Assembly: GCA_051294375.1 (NCBI GenBank)
Contig: CM119267.1
Span: forward strand, 13,091,081-13,155,080
DNA: 64,000 bases
Origin: Paraspadella gotoi
Taxonomy: Eukaryota > Animalia > Chaetognatha
Reading direction: 5' to 3'
In this document: piece after piece, positions 42,874-56,091 of the stretch
Numbering within the stretch: the first letter of the stretch is position 1
Layout: every line of letters begins with the position of its first letter
Made by a program: the position numbers and the translations under genes
The notes under the pieces: model-generated
Told to the model about the DNA's origin: nothing
Seen by the model: the letters and a program-made list of their open reading frames with translations, nothing else
Databases searched by the model: none

Positions 42874-42896
42874 AAGGGAGAGAGAGATAAAGAGAG

Positions 42897-42948
<52 letters not shown>

Positions 42949-42988
42949 GAGAGAGAGAGAGAGATAGAAAGAGAGAGAGATAAAAGAG

Positions 42989-43024
<36 letters not shown>

Positions 43025-43083
43025 TAAAAGAGAAGATAGAAATAGAGAGAGAGAGATATATAAATAGAGAGATAAGAGAGAGA

Positions 43084-43148
<65 letters not shown>

Positions 43149-43389
43149 AAGGGAATCGATTCCATAAATAAAGAGTTTGAGAGAATAATCGATCCTTTTT
43201 GCTTTGTCCACTTTATTTGCTCGAAAAACGAAAAAAGTTTGTAGTCGTGTTTAATTTCGAGTTGGTTGGGTTCGGTTGGTCTGTCTTTGAATGTTTCTTT
43301 ATTTGATAGTTTTTGACTTTTTTTATATTTTGTCTGTGTTTTTCTTTTTTTTCTTTCTTTCTTTCTTTCTTTTTTCTTTCTTTCAACTG

Positions 43390-43421
<32 letters not shown>

Positions 43422-45142
43422 TTTTTCTTTCTTTCTTTCTTTCACCATCACTCTGCCCACCCCAACGCAACCCCACACCTTCCTATCTCTCTCCCCTCCC
43501 CTCGAACTCACGAAAAGTTATATCCCTTCCTCTCCTCAAAATCGAGTCCCTTCTTGAGCGCCAAGTGACCCACGTTGGAGTCGGCCACGATTTTGAACGT
43601 CTTTGTCACTTCCGGTTCCGAGGCGATGATTTTAAATGTGAGGGGGAGAGGCGTGGAGGCGGAACCTGTGGGGGTGTCGGGTTGGGGGGGGGGTTGAAAG
43701 GGAGGTGTGGTGAGCGTCATAGAATAAGCAGACTGTTTTTGTTAATTAATGTGATTGTAATTATAATTTTAATTATATCTGCCCATAAACTTGTAGTCTT
43801 ATTCAGAATTATGTATTAGAGAAAGACAAAGTTTATTTGTTTATGTACAACGATTTATTTTTACATAGGACATGTTTCGGCTTTAAGTATATGAAGTATA
43901 TTAAGCTGATGAAGGCTTATACTTAAAGCCGAAACATGTCCTATGTAAAAATAAATCGTTGTACATAAACAAATAAACTTTGTCTTTCTCTAATTTGCAA
44001 AAACAACGAAAAGAAAGGAAATTAATAGAATTATGTATATATAATATATATAAATGGAGTGGGTTAATCTTAAGAAATTTATAATATAAAATGGTAAAAA
44101 GTTGGGAACCAGAAGAAATGAGGAATATGGAGAAATAAGAAATGATTGTAATAAACATCAGTCTTCATCGAAAGATTGCCGGGTTATTCTATGTTTTTAT
44201 CTTTTAAGAAAGATTTTTACTTGTCTTTTCCATACTGTTTTAATTAATTAAGGTTAGTCTGGAGTCTCCAAGGTTGAAATTCTTGGGTCAGGCAGGTAGA
44301 ATGCTTACGTATTTTAAAAAGAAATTACAATGGTAAAACATTTAACCATAGTCTATCTTAAATACGATTAAATTGTCAATTACTTAAAGTTTTTGAATTA
44401 AAGACGTGGTAAAGGAAAAAAAAATTTTACTTCGTTAAAATTAATTAAGGAGGATTTTAAAATGAGAACTGTTAATATAAAGGTCATATCTAGCTTTCTC
44501 TAAATTTGAGCGTTTGGTCAATTATTTTAAGGTCAACATTTTCTCGCGGAAACTCGCGACTTTTTAGTTTCATTTCAATGACCAATGCACAAACAAGGCT
44601 CACCTCGAAGAAATTCATTTTCTACGAGCATTTTGGAAGTATTTTCTAGTTTTAATGTGTCTAGTAAGAAAAACTTTAAAACGCATACAATTTTCGTTTT
44701 TCTTCTAAAAACTCATGTTGATGTTGGAATCTTTGGATGGGCGACGCTTCGAACGTTTGATTTCGCGAGCGTAAAGAGGAAACTCTTTACAAGAACACAG
44801 ATTTTAAAAATAAATGTGATGCTGCCGCGGCAGCGGATTAAAAAAAAAATTACCGAAAAAAGGGGGCATTTTGGGGAAAAAGTGCCGAGAATGAAGTAAG
44901 AAAAAAGAGGAAAAGAGAGAAGAGCAGGCAATGAACGCCCCCCCCCCAAAAAAAAAGAATCTCGGCGTGGATTCGAAGCCCATCAGTCTTCGTCAGATTT
45001 GACGACGACGAATGCGCCAGACGCCGCCGTCAAGACGCCGACGTTGACGCGACGCCCGCCAGCGTCCCGCCGACGACACCGGCCGCGCCACGCCCTCGAC
45101 TAACGTCAACTGTCAACCCGAGGTTTTTTTTTTCTTTCTATT

Positions 45143-45213
<71 letters not shown>

Positions 45214-48120
45214 CTCCGGAACCGGGTCAATCGGCGTTTTGAGCTTTCGACATGGACGCCTCTCAATCTTGGCAAATCGTTAAGTCTCTCTCGCCCTCCC
45301 CTCTCCCCCTTCCCTCCCTCTTTCTTCTCTCCCTCCCCTCTCCCCCTTACCCTCCTCTTTCTCCAACTCCCACCGTCTTCCCTTCTCTCTCATAATCTTT
45401 CCCTATCTCCTCCTTTAATTCCCACATCCCCTTTTCGCGCCCTCCATCGATTTTCTATGACCTTAGGACCCAAAGGGAAAGAAAACTACATTGGCTTCCT
45501 AATATGGGTCATTTTTCCAAGGCTGCGATTGGTCACTTCTCGAAAGAAGTCGGTTTATGCAGAGTAATTCGCTCTCATCGGCCGATATGACCAATCAGAC
45601 TTCTCAAAATTTTCCCTATTCGTTAATATTCCCTATTAACGTCGAATCGACCTATCGGGCTTCTCAAAATTGTCTCGGTTAACGTAGAATCGACCAATCA
45701 GGTTTGTATTAAAGCAAGAATTGCGAGGCTCTCGTTTCCACAGTCGGTGACACACCTGGAAACTCATTTGTGCGAGGGTGGTTGCCGGTTGGGAAATGTG
45801 GTAGAGGGGGTTGACAGAGTTGTGGTTCGCGCGAGAGAAGAAAGTCATTCGTAATCTTGACTACGATTCCGAATGAAAGAGACAAATCTCGCGATAAAAT
45901 TCTGCGTTTCTCCCCTTTTTTATTTTCTCATTTTCCCCTTTCTTTTCTTCTTTTATTCGTTTTTTTTTCTCCCGTTCAAAGCGATCGAATTCTCCCCAAC
46001 CGGGCCATATGTGACACAGCATCACTTTTCCCTCGAATCCCCACCCGATTCCGCACCACTCTTCCACCGCGTCCCTCCACCCACCTTACCCGGTTGAAAG
46101 ACCTCGATCCTCATAAAGGTGAGGTCGAGCGGGTAATTCTCCGGCAGCCTCTCAACGTATTCGCTCTTCTCGAATTCCGGCGCCGATTCGTTGCTCGAAG
46201 TCACTCGGATTCGCAGCGTCGTCTGGCGAAGAAAAATGGAATTTAAACGTTTTGTTTAAAAGAAAATACCATGATGGAAAAAAAAATGTTACGGCAACTT
46301 TGAGAACAATTTGCGGAGCTTTAATTTAAAAATAGAAGATAAAAAATTATATAGAAAGAAAATTTAGCTTCTTGCAAATCGAACGAGCTGTGTTTCATTC
46401 TTAAACTTAAAAAAAAATGTAGGAGTATCAAGCGAAAGAAAATGAGTAGGCAAAAGAAGAACCTCCTTCTTTTTTTGGCTTTCAATTACTTTAATTTTTA
46501 TTAACTTTTTTATGATTTTTTTTATAATTAACAAGTATGATAACCTGAGCATTGCTCAGAAGGCTTCGATTGACGAATTAAAGTTGGCTGGCATCTCCAT
46601 GGCCAAGATTTCAACTCAATTAAAGGTACCAAAGCGGAGTATCCAACGTGTCTTCAAAGTTTACTATAGTACCGGCTGCTGCAGCAGAAGGATGGGGTCT
46701 GGCAGACCAAGAGCGATTACAAGGGACCAGGACAAGGTGCTTGAAGAACTGACCTTACAAAACCGATTCGATTCCGCCTCAATGCAAAGAAAGAGATGGG
46801 CCAAAGGAGTGGGGGTCAACGTGTGCCGAAAAACTTAACAACCGCTTAGTCGAAATGGGTCTACACGCTCGAAAACACGAAGAAAACCTCTGAAAACCCA
46901 AGCAATGCGAGCCAAAAGGCTTGCTTTTGCTAAATCTCATTGCATCAATGGCGGCGTGTCAGATTCAGCGATGAATCTTGGTTTATGATGAAAGAGAATG
47001 ATCGCATCAAATATGTTCGACGACGAGTTGGTGAAGCAGATGATCCAGAATGCGTTCTGAATACTGTAAAGCATCAACAAAAGGTCATAGTCTTCGGCGC
47101 CATCTCATCTTGTGCCAAATCTAAACTTGTGTTCATCTCGGGACGTGTTAGAAGCACAAAATATCAAGAGATCCTTAGAGAAGCTAAAATCGCAAAATTT
47201 GCAAAAGGTGGAAGTTTCATGGAGGACAATGAACCACCACATCGTGCAGCCACAACAAAAGCCTGGCATGCTTCAAAGGGTGTGAAGTTGCTTCCAGACT
47301 GGCCAGGGTATAGTCCGGACCTTAATCCCATCGAAAATGTCTGGTCAGAAATGAAAGATCGCTTACGACGTGAGAAGCCTACTTTAATTTCTGAGATGAA
47401 AAAAGCTATCCAAAAAGTTTGGGACGGTATCTCTTTGGGGTATCTGCAGGCCCTGTATAACTCTATGCCGAAGAGAATTAATGCCGTTATTCTGTCAAAG
47501 GGAGGTCATACTTCGTATTAAATCCAATATACTTTGAAAAATACTAATTTGGCAATAAAATTGACTGCGTTTTCGTAACCGCGACACTTTTTTTTCCATC
47601 ATGGTACTAACATAGAATTTTTAGAAAATGGCCACAAGACTCAAAAAACTATCAATTGTTTTTAAAAAGTCTAGTTGTTAAAATTCATTTTGTGCGGAAA
47701 TACGTAATTAGACATGGCTAAATTTGCTAAATTGCTACATGGCTAAATTTACTAAATAATTGCCACGAGGCGTTTTTCTCTGGTCATTTTCCATCCATTC
47801 AACAAAGGCAACCACTTTCAATTTTCATTTCGTCTTTTGTTTATTTTTTTTAATCCCGCCCCAACTGTTTCGAACAGACCAAGTTCACTGAATGGAAAAA
47901 GTCCCTCCTGATATAGATTTTTCGTCAACAATGCGTCTCTCTCAGCACCACGCCGCCACGTGGCGGACTCTCATTTCACGACGGGACGCCCTGATGCCAC
48001 GATGCCACGATGCCCTAATACCCTAGTGCCCCGACCCGTCAAAATTTGTAACCTTTTCGTATTGGTAATTTGTAATCCTTTCTCTAATTCTCTTGACTCA
48101 TAGGCCTCTTTTGTTTTCTC

Positions 48121-48210
<90 letters not shown>

Positions 48211-48322
48211 GGCGATCAAAAGGACAAGTGTCCGACGTCAACCGGAAGTCAAACCGAAGTGAAGGTGAAGCCGAAAGCGACGCCAGCCGGAAGAGAGAGA
48301 GAGAGAGAGAGAGAAGAGACGA

Positions 48323-48368
<46 letters not shown>

Positions 48369-51300
48369 GAGTCAGAAGAGAAAGAGAAAAGTGGCCGTTA
48401 AAAAAAAATGGCATACCGAGGCATGGCGCCGATGAAAAAATCGAAACCGTAAGGGAGATAAAATCAGCATAACCACCTTTGAACTGGGCAACTCACCCGC
48501 AAAGCATTTCACCATTGACTCCACTCGTTTCCCTTCCATTCCAAGAGAAAACGACTCCAACCAGATGTTGCATACCGATCGCAAGTGTGAGAGAGAGAGA
48601 GAGAAGAGAGAAGAGAGAGAGAGGAGAGAGAGGAGAGAGAGAGTGAGGGAGAGAAAGAGAGAGGGAAGATCCTCGAGTGGAGAGAGAGAAACCGACCAAA
48701 TTGTTTTTTCTCTCTCCGCCGGCGAGAAGTGAGTCACAAGACTCCATCTAGAGGCCGTAAAACCGTGGCCGTGACACTGGGCTCGCAGCGAGACCGGAAA
48801 CGTAACCATTTGTTTCGGCACGAAGGCGTTGTCGCCGCCGTCGCCACCGTCGCCTTTGTAGTTGGGGGCGCGGCCGGCAAGGGGCCGGGGGGGCAACGTA
48901 TTTGCTTTTCTTTTTGCCCACTTTCTTTTGGATGGCGAAAAGTCAGTTTCATTCCTCTTTTCTTTATTTTAACAATTTTTCTTTTTTTCTTGTTAACAAT
49001 CATGTCGATTATGTCGATATTGTCAATAATGTAGTATCCTTATTAAAAATGTGCAACATGAATCACACCACCCAGCACAGTTGCGCTTCCCGAGCCACAC
49101 CTGCACGTGTTTGTCCGGATCGCTCCATTCGGATGCGCGGATGGAGAGAAGGAAGACGTCTTCGGGCAGCGGCGACTCCTTCACCGTGATCTCAGCCGTC
49201 GACGCGTCGATCGAAAAATATGAGTAGATGCTCTTTTGTTGGGGAAAGGAGACGCCGTTGGAGGGAGCGAGAGGGTCTGTTGGGAGAGAGGAAAGCCTCA
49301 ATTTAATATTAAAACTTATCACTCATTATACTAATTATGTAATAGGAATCATTGAAGATAAGGCTCACTACTCTCAATGTCTGAGTACTAGTAAATCGAA
49401 AAAAAAATGGCAAAGAAAAATAAGTCATAAGGCGACTGAGCTGGTGGAAATTTTTTTTTTAATTTAAATTATCAAAACAAAATGGAAATCAGTGAATGAG
49501 AAAGTCTTGAAAAAAAGAGAAATATAGGGACAAATATGAGAAAAAATATACTTTTTTTAAAAAAATCAACCAGAAACGCTGTTCGCGAATATAGAATAAA
49601 GAGCATGTTGCGAACTTAAGAGAAAACGGTTTAGAAGAGAGAACAGAAAAAAAATTGGGAAAGAAAGAGAAGTCAGAAAAGGAGAGGAAAAAGGGGAAGA
49701 AAGAACAAGAGAAGAATGCTACTAGATGAGAAATAACAATAGTTGAAGAAGGCCGTTAAAAAAGACAAGGAAAAGCAAATAGTTTTAAAAAAATTAAAAG
49801 GAAAAAAGAAAGGAAAAAAAAAGGAAAAAATAAAGAAAAAAGGAAATAGAGGTGAGAAATAAAACCGCGCCACGTGCCACAGAGAGAAAAAAAAAGCGAT
49901 AAAGTCGCCATCTTTTTTTGTTCAAGAATCGCATTAGCGATTCCGTCTTTGCTCTTGTTTCGTCGTCTTCGTCGTCGTCGTCGTCGACATGCCTGGTTGC
50001 TGGTTGGGGGACGATGTCGCAACCGCCGCCGCCGCCTCCGCCGCCGCCACCGCCCCCTCCGCCCAGGCGTAGACAATGGAATCGGCCACGCCTCTGTCCT
50101 GGTCGTAAGCCATCACCCGCTTCCCATTGAACAACGTAACGACCGTGCCTGAGGAGGGGCGGGGAAAGGGGCGGAGGAGGAAGAGGAGGAGTAGAGACCG
50201 GGAAAAAAGACATGAGGGTGGCGAGAAATCGAGTCTGTGATGATGGGGGGGGGTCGGAGGGGGTGGGAAGTAGTTTTTGAAGAAAAAAAGGTGAACGAGA
50301 AATGAAAAAGAACAAAATTGGGGGGCATACTTGATTGGCAGGGCGAATGAGGATAGGGAATTTTGCAGGGTGGTGCTTATAATTCGAGCCTCTGTGTATA
50401 CTTGATTGGCAGGGCGAATGAGGAGTTGGGAATTTTGCAGGGTGGTGCTTATAATTCGAGCCTCTGTGGGGGGGGGGGGGGGTCTGAGTTTTTCGGTTGA
50501 TCGAGTCTTCGGTTCCAGACTTGGAAACTCGGAAATCCGTCTGGGAAAAAATTCTCTTTTTTTGTCTCTTTCTTTATAAATTAATATCACGATTTTTACG
50601 TTTGGTTGGACGCAGTACCAAAATGGTAAGTATAATCATTTGTAATTGACGCGAATCAATTGAAATCTCTTACACCTGACTTTTAAAAATTGTATGAACG
50701 AATCTCACCGTCGCAGTTGTGCTAATTCCTTTCCTTGATTTGGCGATCGGCAGAAACCAAACCTTTTTTTTATATTTTTGTCTCTAGTCCAGGTGGGCGT
50801 AACCTTTGTTAAAATAAATTTTAGAAAATAGTACTTTTTTTAAAATATAACATCTTAAGACATCCGTTCAGATTTAACGAAGATGTCTCATTGAGTCGAG
50901 GGCAACGAAGAAATAAATTCTATTAAAACTAACAAAACATCACAAATAGATATTATGCGTTGGCGGACATTAGGCTCGACGCAGAGTGGGAAGAAAAAGT
51001 GGCAATGAAGAAAGACAACGACGACGACGACGACGACGCATGTGTAAATAATACAGAGGCAAAAAGATCAGCAGGTGGAAACAACCGCTAGATGGAGTAG
51101 GCATTGGTCGCTCGAGGCATAAGAGCAGGTGGTAAGACGGCGGTTCTGGTGCTGGAGTGGGTGCTGATGCTGGTGCTGGTGTTGATAATCTCAGTGATGA
51201 TGGAGAAGAGGAAGAGGAAGATATTGGTGGATGCGGATTTTTTTTTTTTTTTTTTTTTTTGAAATCGTAATTTTGGTTATAATCGATTCTGGACGTCTTC

Positions 51301-51517
51301 CATTTTTCTCGATGTACGAGTTTTGCTGAAAGGAAAAGCGAAGATGATATCGACGACGACGACGACGACGAAGACAACGACAACGACGACATCGATGAAC
51401 ATTTTGCGTGACGACGATTTCCCTTTTGTTCGAGATGCGCGCGAGTGACATCTCGATTTACGCGAAGAAAGAAAGAAAGAAAAAAAAGAAAGAAATAAAA
51501 AAAGAAAGAAAGAAAGT

Positions 51518-51558
<41 letters not shown>

Positions 51559-52086
51559 TAAGAAGGTTAAGATTCTTTATTTGTAAATGGAGTATGTAAA
51601 TAGAGAATCTCAACTAAACAACTATTTACAAACTACAAGGATTATAAACAAAGGAACGTGGAAACGAAGTAACGAAATGAAACGAACGAAAGAACGAAAT
51701 GAATGAAACGAAAGAACGAAATGAATGAAACGAAAGAACGAAATGAATGAAACGAAAGAACGAAATGAATGAAACGAAAGAACGAAATGAATGAAACGAA
51801 AGAACGAAACTTCTCACAATGGAGTCAATTTCCTCGTTTTTGTCGCCGGTTGTCGTCGTCGTTATTGCGAGACTTCGTTCGACGGGAAGACCAGACTCCA
51901 TTTCTCCCCATTTGACGCCACAACAGTTTTTCCAGATTCTTTTTTTTCTTTCAAAATAAGAAAAATAAATGAAAAAAATTCTTGTTTTTTCCCTTTTTTT
52001 TTTTGAAGCCGAGGAGTTTTTTTCCCAGTGTCGTCGCGGTTTTAGCTTTTGGAAGGAAAATCGCTTTTTTGTCTGCTTCCCCACGG

Positions 52087-52124
<38 letters not shown>

Positions 52125-52234
52125 CTCACTGTCTCTAGTGAATGTATTTTCGGTGTCTCTCCAAGACTTTCCTCTTTTTGTCAGTTATTTTATTCTCTCA
52201 TTTTCACATTTACTTTTTAAATTTACAATTTTTT

Positions 52235-52321
<87 letters not shown>

Positions 52322-55300
52322 CTATCTTCCTCTTTTTCTTTCTGTTCTTTTCATTTCTTTACTTTCTTCTCTTCATTTTTTAATTATGTCTTCCTCAACT
52401 TTTCTTCACGAGTTCCTTCTTTCCAACGCCGCCCCCACCTCTCCTCCCCCACCACCGCCCGCCCCCGGGACTCTCGCGCCAAGCAACAGATGGCGTTGAA
52501 TTTTTCTGACGCGGGGAAAATTGCGAAATCATCTTGAGAACGACGACGACAACGACGACGACGACGCCAGTTTGGCGAAGATAAAGTGTCACCAACGCCT
52601 GGTCTTGATCACAACATTGATTAGGTCGCCGTCGTTGTCACCTTCGTCGTCGACCAACACTTCGGTACTCTTCAGAAAAAAACGTGTGCCAGATAGCGCC
52701 CTAAATTATGCTAAAAATTATCTTTTAGCTAATGCAAAACTGTTACAAGAGTTAGGAAGCCGCTATAGAAAAAGAAGCCAGTGCTTTTTTCTATATTTTA
52801 TTTCGATAGATGTGGAATGACGGGAATATTGTAAATCTCAAGTTTCGCTTTAATCGGACCTCACATTGTGGAGAAATCTTAGGAAACCCATCAAAATTCC
52901 AACCCTTTTTTTCAACATTCTCGCTTTTAAGGGGACCAAGTGAACAGGGGGGGTAAAAAGCTGAAAACATAACGTTTGACCCTTTAACTTAAGCTGGTTC
53001 TGACCATATAATTTTTTTTCTATAATCATTTGGGAAAGTAGTTATAAAAATTTGATAAAATCAGCGAGCTTAATTTTCTTTAAAAAATCGGTAAGAAGAA
53101 AATCTTTTTTCAAGTTTAAAATTTTTTTTCCAAAAAAAGGCTAAGATCTAATTTTAAAAAGATTTTCAGCTTTTATCACAAAAATTTATAAGAAAAAAAA
53201 CTAGGAATGAATCAAAATTTAAGGTATCGACTGATTTTATTTAAACTTTCTTTTCAAATGATTCTGTTAATTGGATAAAAATAAAACTCTTTGAAGTAAT
53301 ATAAATATAAAAAGAAGAGAAAGATTCTGCACTTTTGTTAAATTTTTAATTGTTATAATTAGGAATCAATATAGTTTAATAATACATTTAAGGGATGAAT
53401 ATAATATATAAATTAATAATTATTACAGTTTTGTTTCTATAAGAATAGAATTTAGGTTTGATTTGCCTGCTTTTAAGTAAATATAAAAATAAAAAAATAT
53501 TAGTCTTGTAAAGCCTTTGTTCAATGAGGCTTAAACCTAAAATTGTAGCTTTGTACAATAAAAAATAAAAATTTAGAATTTAATAAAAATTACTTTCTAA
53601 TGCAAAAATAAAATAATGGATTATATAAATATTTAGGTAAGGTCAACTAAATGTTTTTTTTATAATTATTAAATTTTTGTTTCCGCTACAATAAGAGATA
53701 GGAATTTTTTTGCCACTTTCCCGTGCAAAAGAAAATTAATGACTATCACCATTCAAATTCCTTGATGATAGACCCTTAAGCTTATGATATCATTTTTATC
53801 ACTGGGTCCCCTTAAGATTTTCGCCGATTCTGACTTCCTCTTACAAACTTATAATTCCGCTAGTTAATTTTTTTTCTTAAAGGAGCGAAGGGAATCCACA
53901 ACTTTCTGTTATTTTATGATTTCTGGGTAAAAAATATAATAAATTACATTAACATTGGGATATTATAAAAGTATAATGTCTTGTGAAGCCTGTGAGAGTT
54001 AATAATATAAAAAATTCGCCTATTTTATTATTGAAAAATGACAGTAAAGTGAAGAAGTTGAATGTCTTCCATGCATTTCAGTAAACATCCCTGTTCTCTA
54101 GCATAAAATAATGTTTACTTTTTGCTGGTGGAAAAGAAAGATAAATACTTAGGCTGTGATGGGGTGAATAATATTTTGTAGAATTTTGTAAGCATGCTTG
54201 TAAAATCAGACAAGCAAATATTTTAAGTGACAAAAAATTCACATTTTCTTTATCCAAAAAACTTTAAAGTTTTACTAGAGTACAATTTACCCTTTTTTCT
54301 TTCAGAATCATTAAAAAGAATTAAATTTTCATTTATTCTTATGGGGTGTCATTAGTTTTAAAATTCATTATAATTTTGACTTAGTTTGACACTCACCCTG
54401 TAAGGAGGTTTCAGCATAAGTAATTCTAAAATTGTATCTTGTATGTGCCCTATGATTATGGCTTCATTTTGGTACTATTACCATCCCTTTATCTTTATTC
54501 CTTCAAAAGATATTAGGAAAAATCATTTTTTTTCTCAACCTTCCTTTTTAATTTCTTTTTTAAATAAAAATTTCGCGATTCAAACTGGACTATTTCATTT
54601 AAACCTGATCGTTTTATGTCAAAATCATTATAAAATGAAAAAAGAAAAATAGGACAAGCTCTTCAGACACAAAGCTATCAGAATCGCGAAATTCGAAGTC
54701 GCTCATGTAACAGGAACATATAGCAATCCCGTTTGCAATTTTAAGTTTGTAAACTTTCCCTTTCATTTCTATAGTAAAAATGAGGTTGAAAATTCTCCGG
54801 AGATGAGTAGTGCATTTCCCCATGCTTGTTTGATATTAAATCCTTTATCAAATGCCATAAAACGAATAGGACAAGCTCTTCAGATGTAACGCTCTCGGAA
54901 TCGTGCGTTTTTACAAGTTTTTTTTAACCGAATTTCTGGCAAACGCGTTTGCAATTTGGGTAGTCAGATTTGAACGGAATTCTCTATTAGAAAAATGTTG
55001 AATTTTTTTTAAGCGAGATTCTCGTCTACAAGAGTAAAGAAAAATGATTATTATTAGAGCCTATGAAAAATTATTTAGACAGATAAAAACAAAAAAAGAC
55101 GAAAAAAATTAGACTTTTTGTGAATTGCTTAATGCTTAATGCTTAAGCGATGAGCCATATTAACCAGTCAAGTCCTGTAAAAGGTGTTTTGCTGCAGTAG
55201 TTTTCAAACAGACCAACCAACCAACTGACGCCAGAGTATTTTGCACTTGTAAAGTTGCTTTAACATGCTATTACTATTACATAACTACACAAGGATCTCA

Positions 55301-56059
55301 GAGGTAAATCGGTATTAACCAAATACTTTGGCTTTATTGTATAAATGCTAGCAATCCTTCCTGGTCTCAAATAATTGTAATTGGAATTAACATGATTGTT
55401 ATCAAAGAAATAAATAATAAAAGAAGCAAATAGCATATTTAATACAGATTTACATTGCCAGAGGAAGTGTTTTTCATACTCTGTTCAATGCTGTAGATCG
55501 AAAAACCTTAAATTTTTTTCACATTTTCAATATGCCAGATTGTATGCTATATGCCAGATCATTTTCTTACTACCTAAACGGTCAGAAATTATGCCAGATC
55601 TGGCACACAGTATGCTAAGTTTTAACCAGAGCTTCGGTACTTGCAATTTTATCAGATCGACGGTAAAAAACAACGACAACGACAATTGTCAAAATTATTC
55701 TGTCAGAATATAGTAAAATCATCTATGAATCAATTATGCTACTAAACAATATGAAAAAGCGATGTAAAACCAATAATAGGCCAAATTTTTAAACAGAACA
55801 TAAATGAATGAGACTTGCAATAATTTCCTACTATATGCAAATGAGATTGATGAATTATCTCTTGCAATGGGTCAACGATTTTGGTTGCAAATTGCAATTA
55901 TTCCAAACAAACAAATAACAAAATAATTCAATTATTTTAATTGCCGTTGCATCCCTGCTCGAGATTGTTGATGATTAGAAAGTCGATTGTTAAAGTTGAA
56001 TCGTCGTCGGATATCTGCACGATTGCATCGTCGATTATGAGGACGACGACGACGACGAC

Positions 56060-56091
<32 letters not shown>

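Larger units (their letters stand above)
35588..43147. repeat. Right arm of ~7.5-kb inverted duplication
   Basis: Reverse complement of 26337-34130; begins at N gap 35416-35587; outer end lies in a (GA)n tract; carries the intact exon copies. Confidence 0.9.

Noticed and set aside
48730-48900. GC-rich intronic ORFs (PPGPLPAAPPTTKATV...)
   Set aside because: No convincing splice sites; the flanking exons already join in frame to complete the cadherin repeat.
51050-51240. Coding-looking GAG/acidic or Pro-rich stretch
   Set aside because: Bounded by stops and poly-T, no usable splice pair; consistent with low-complexity intron sequence.
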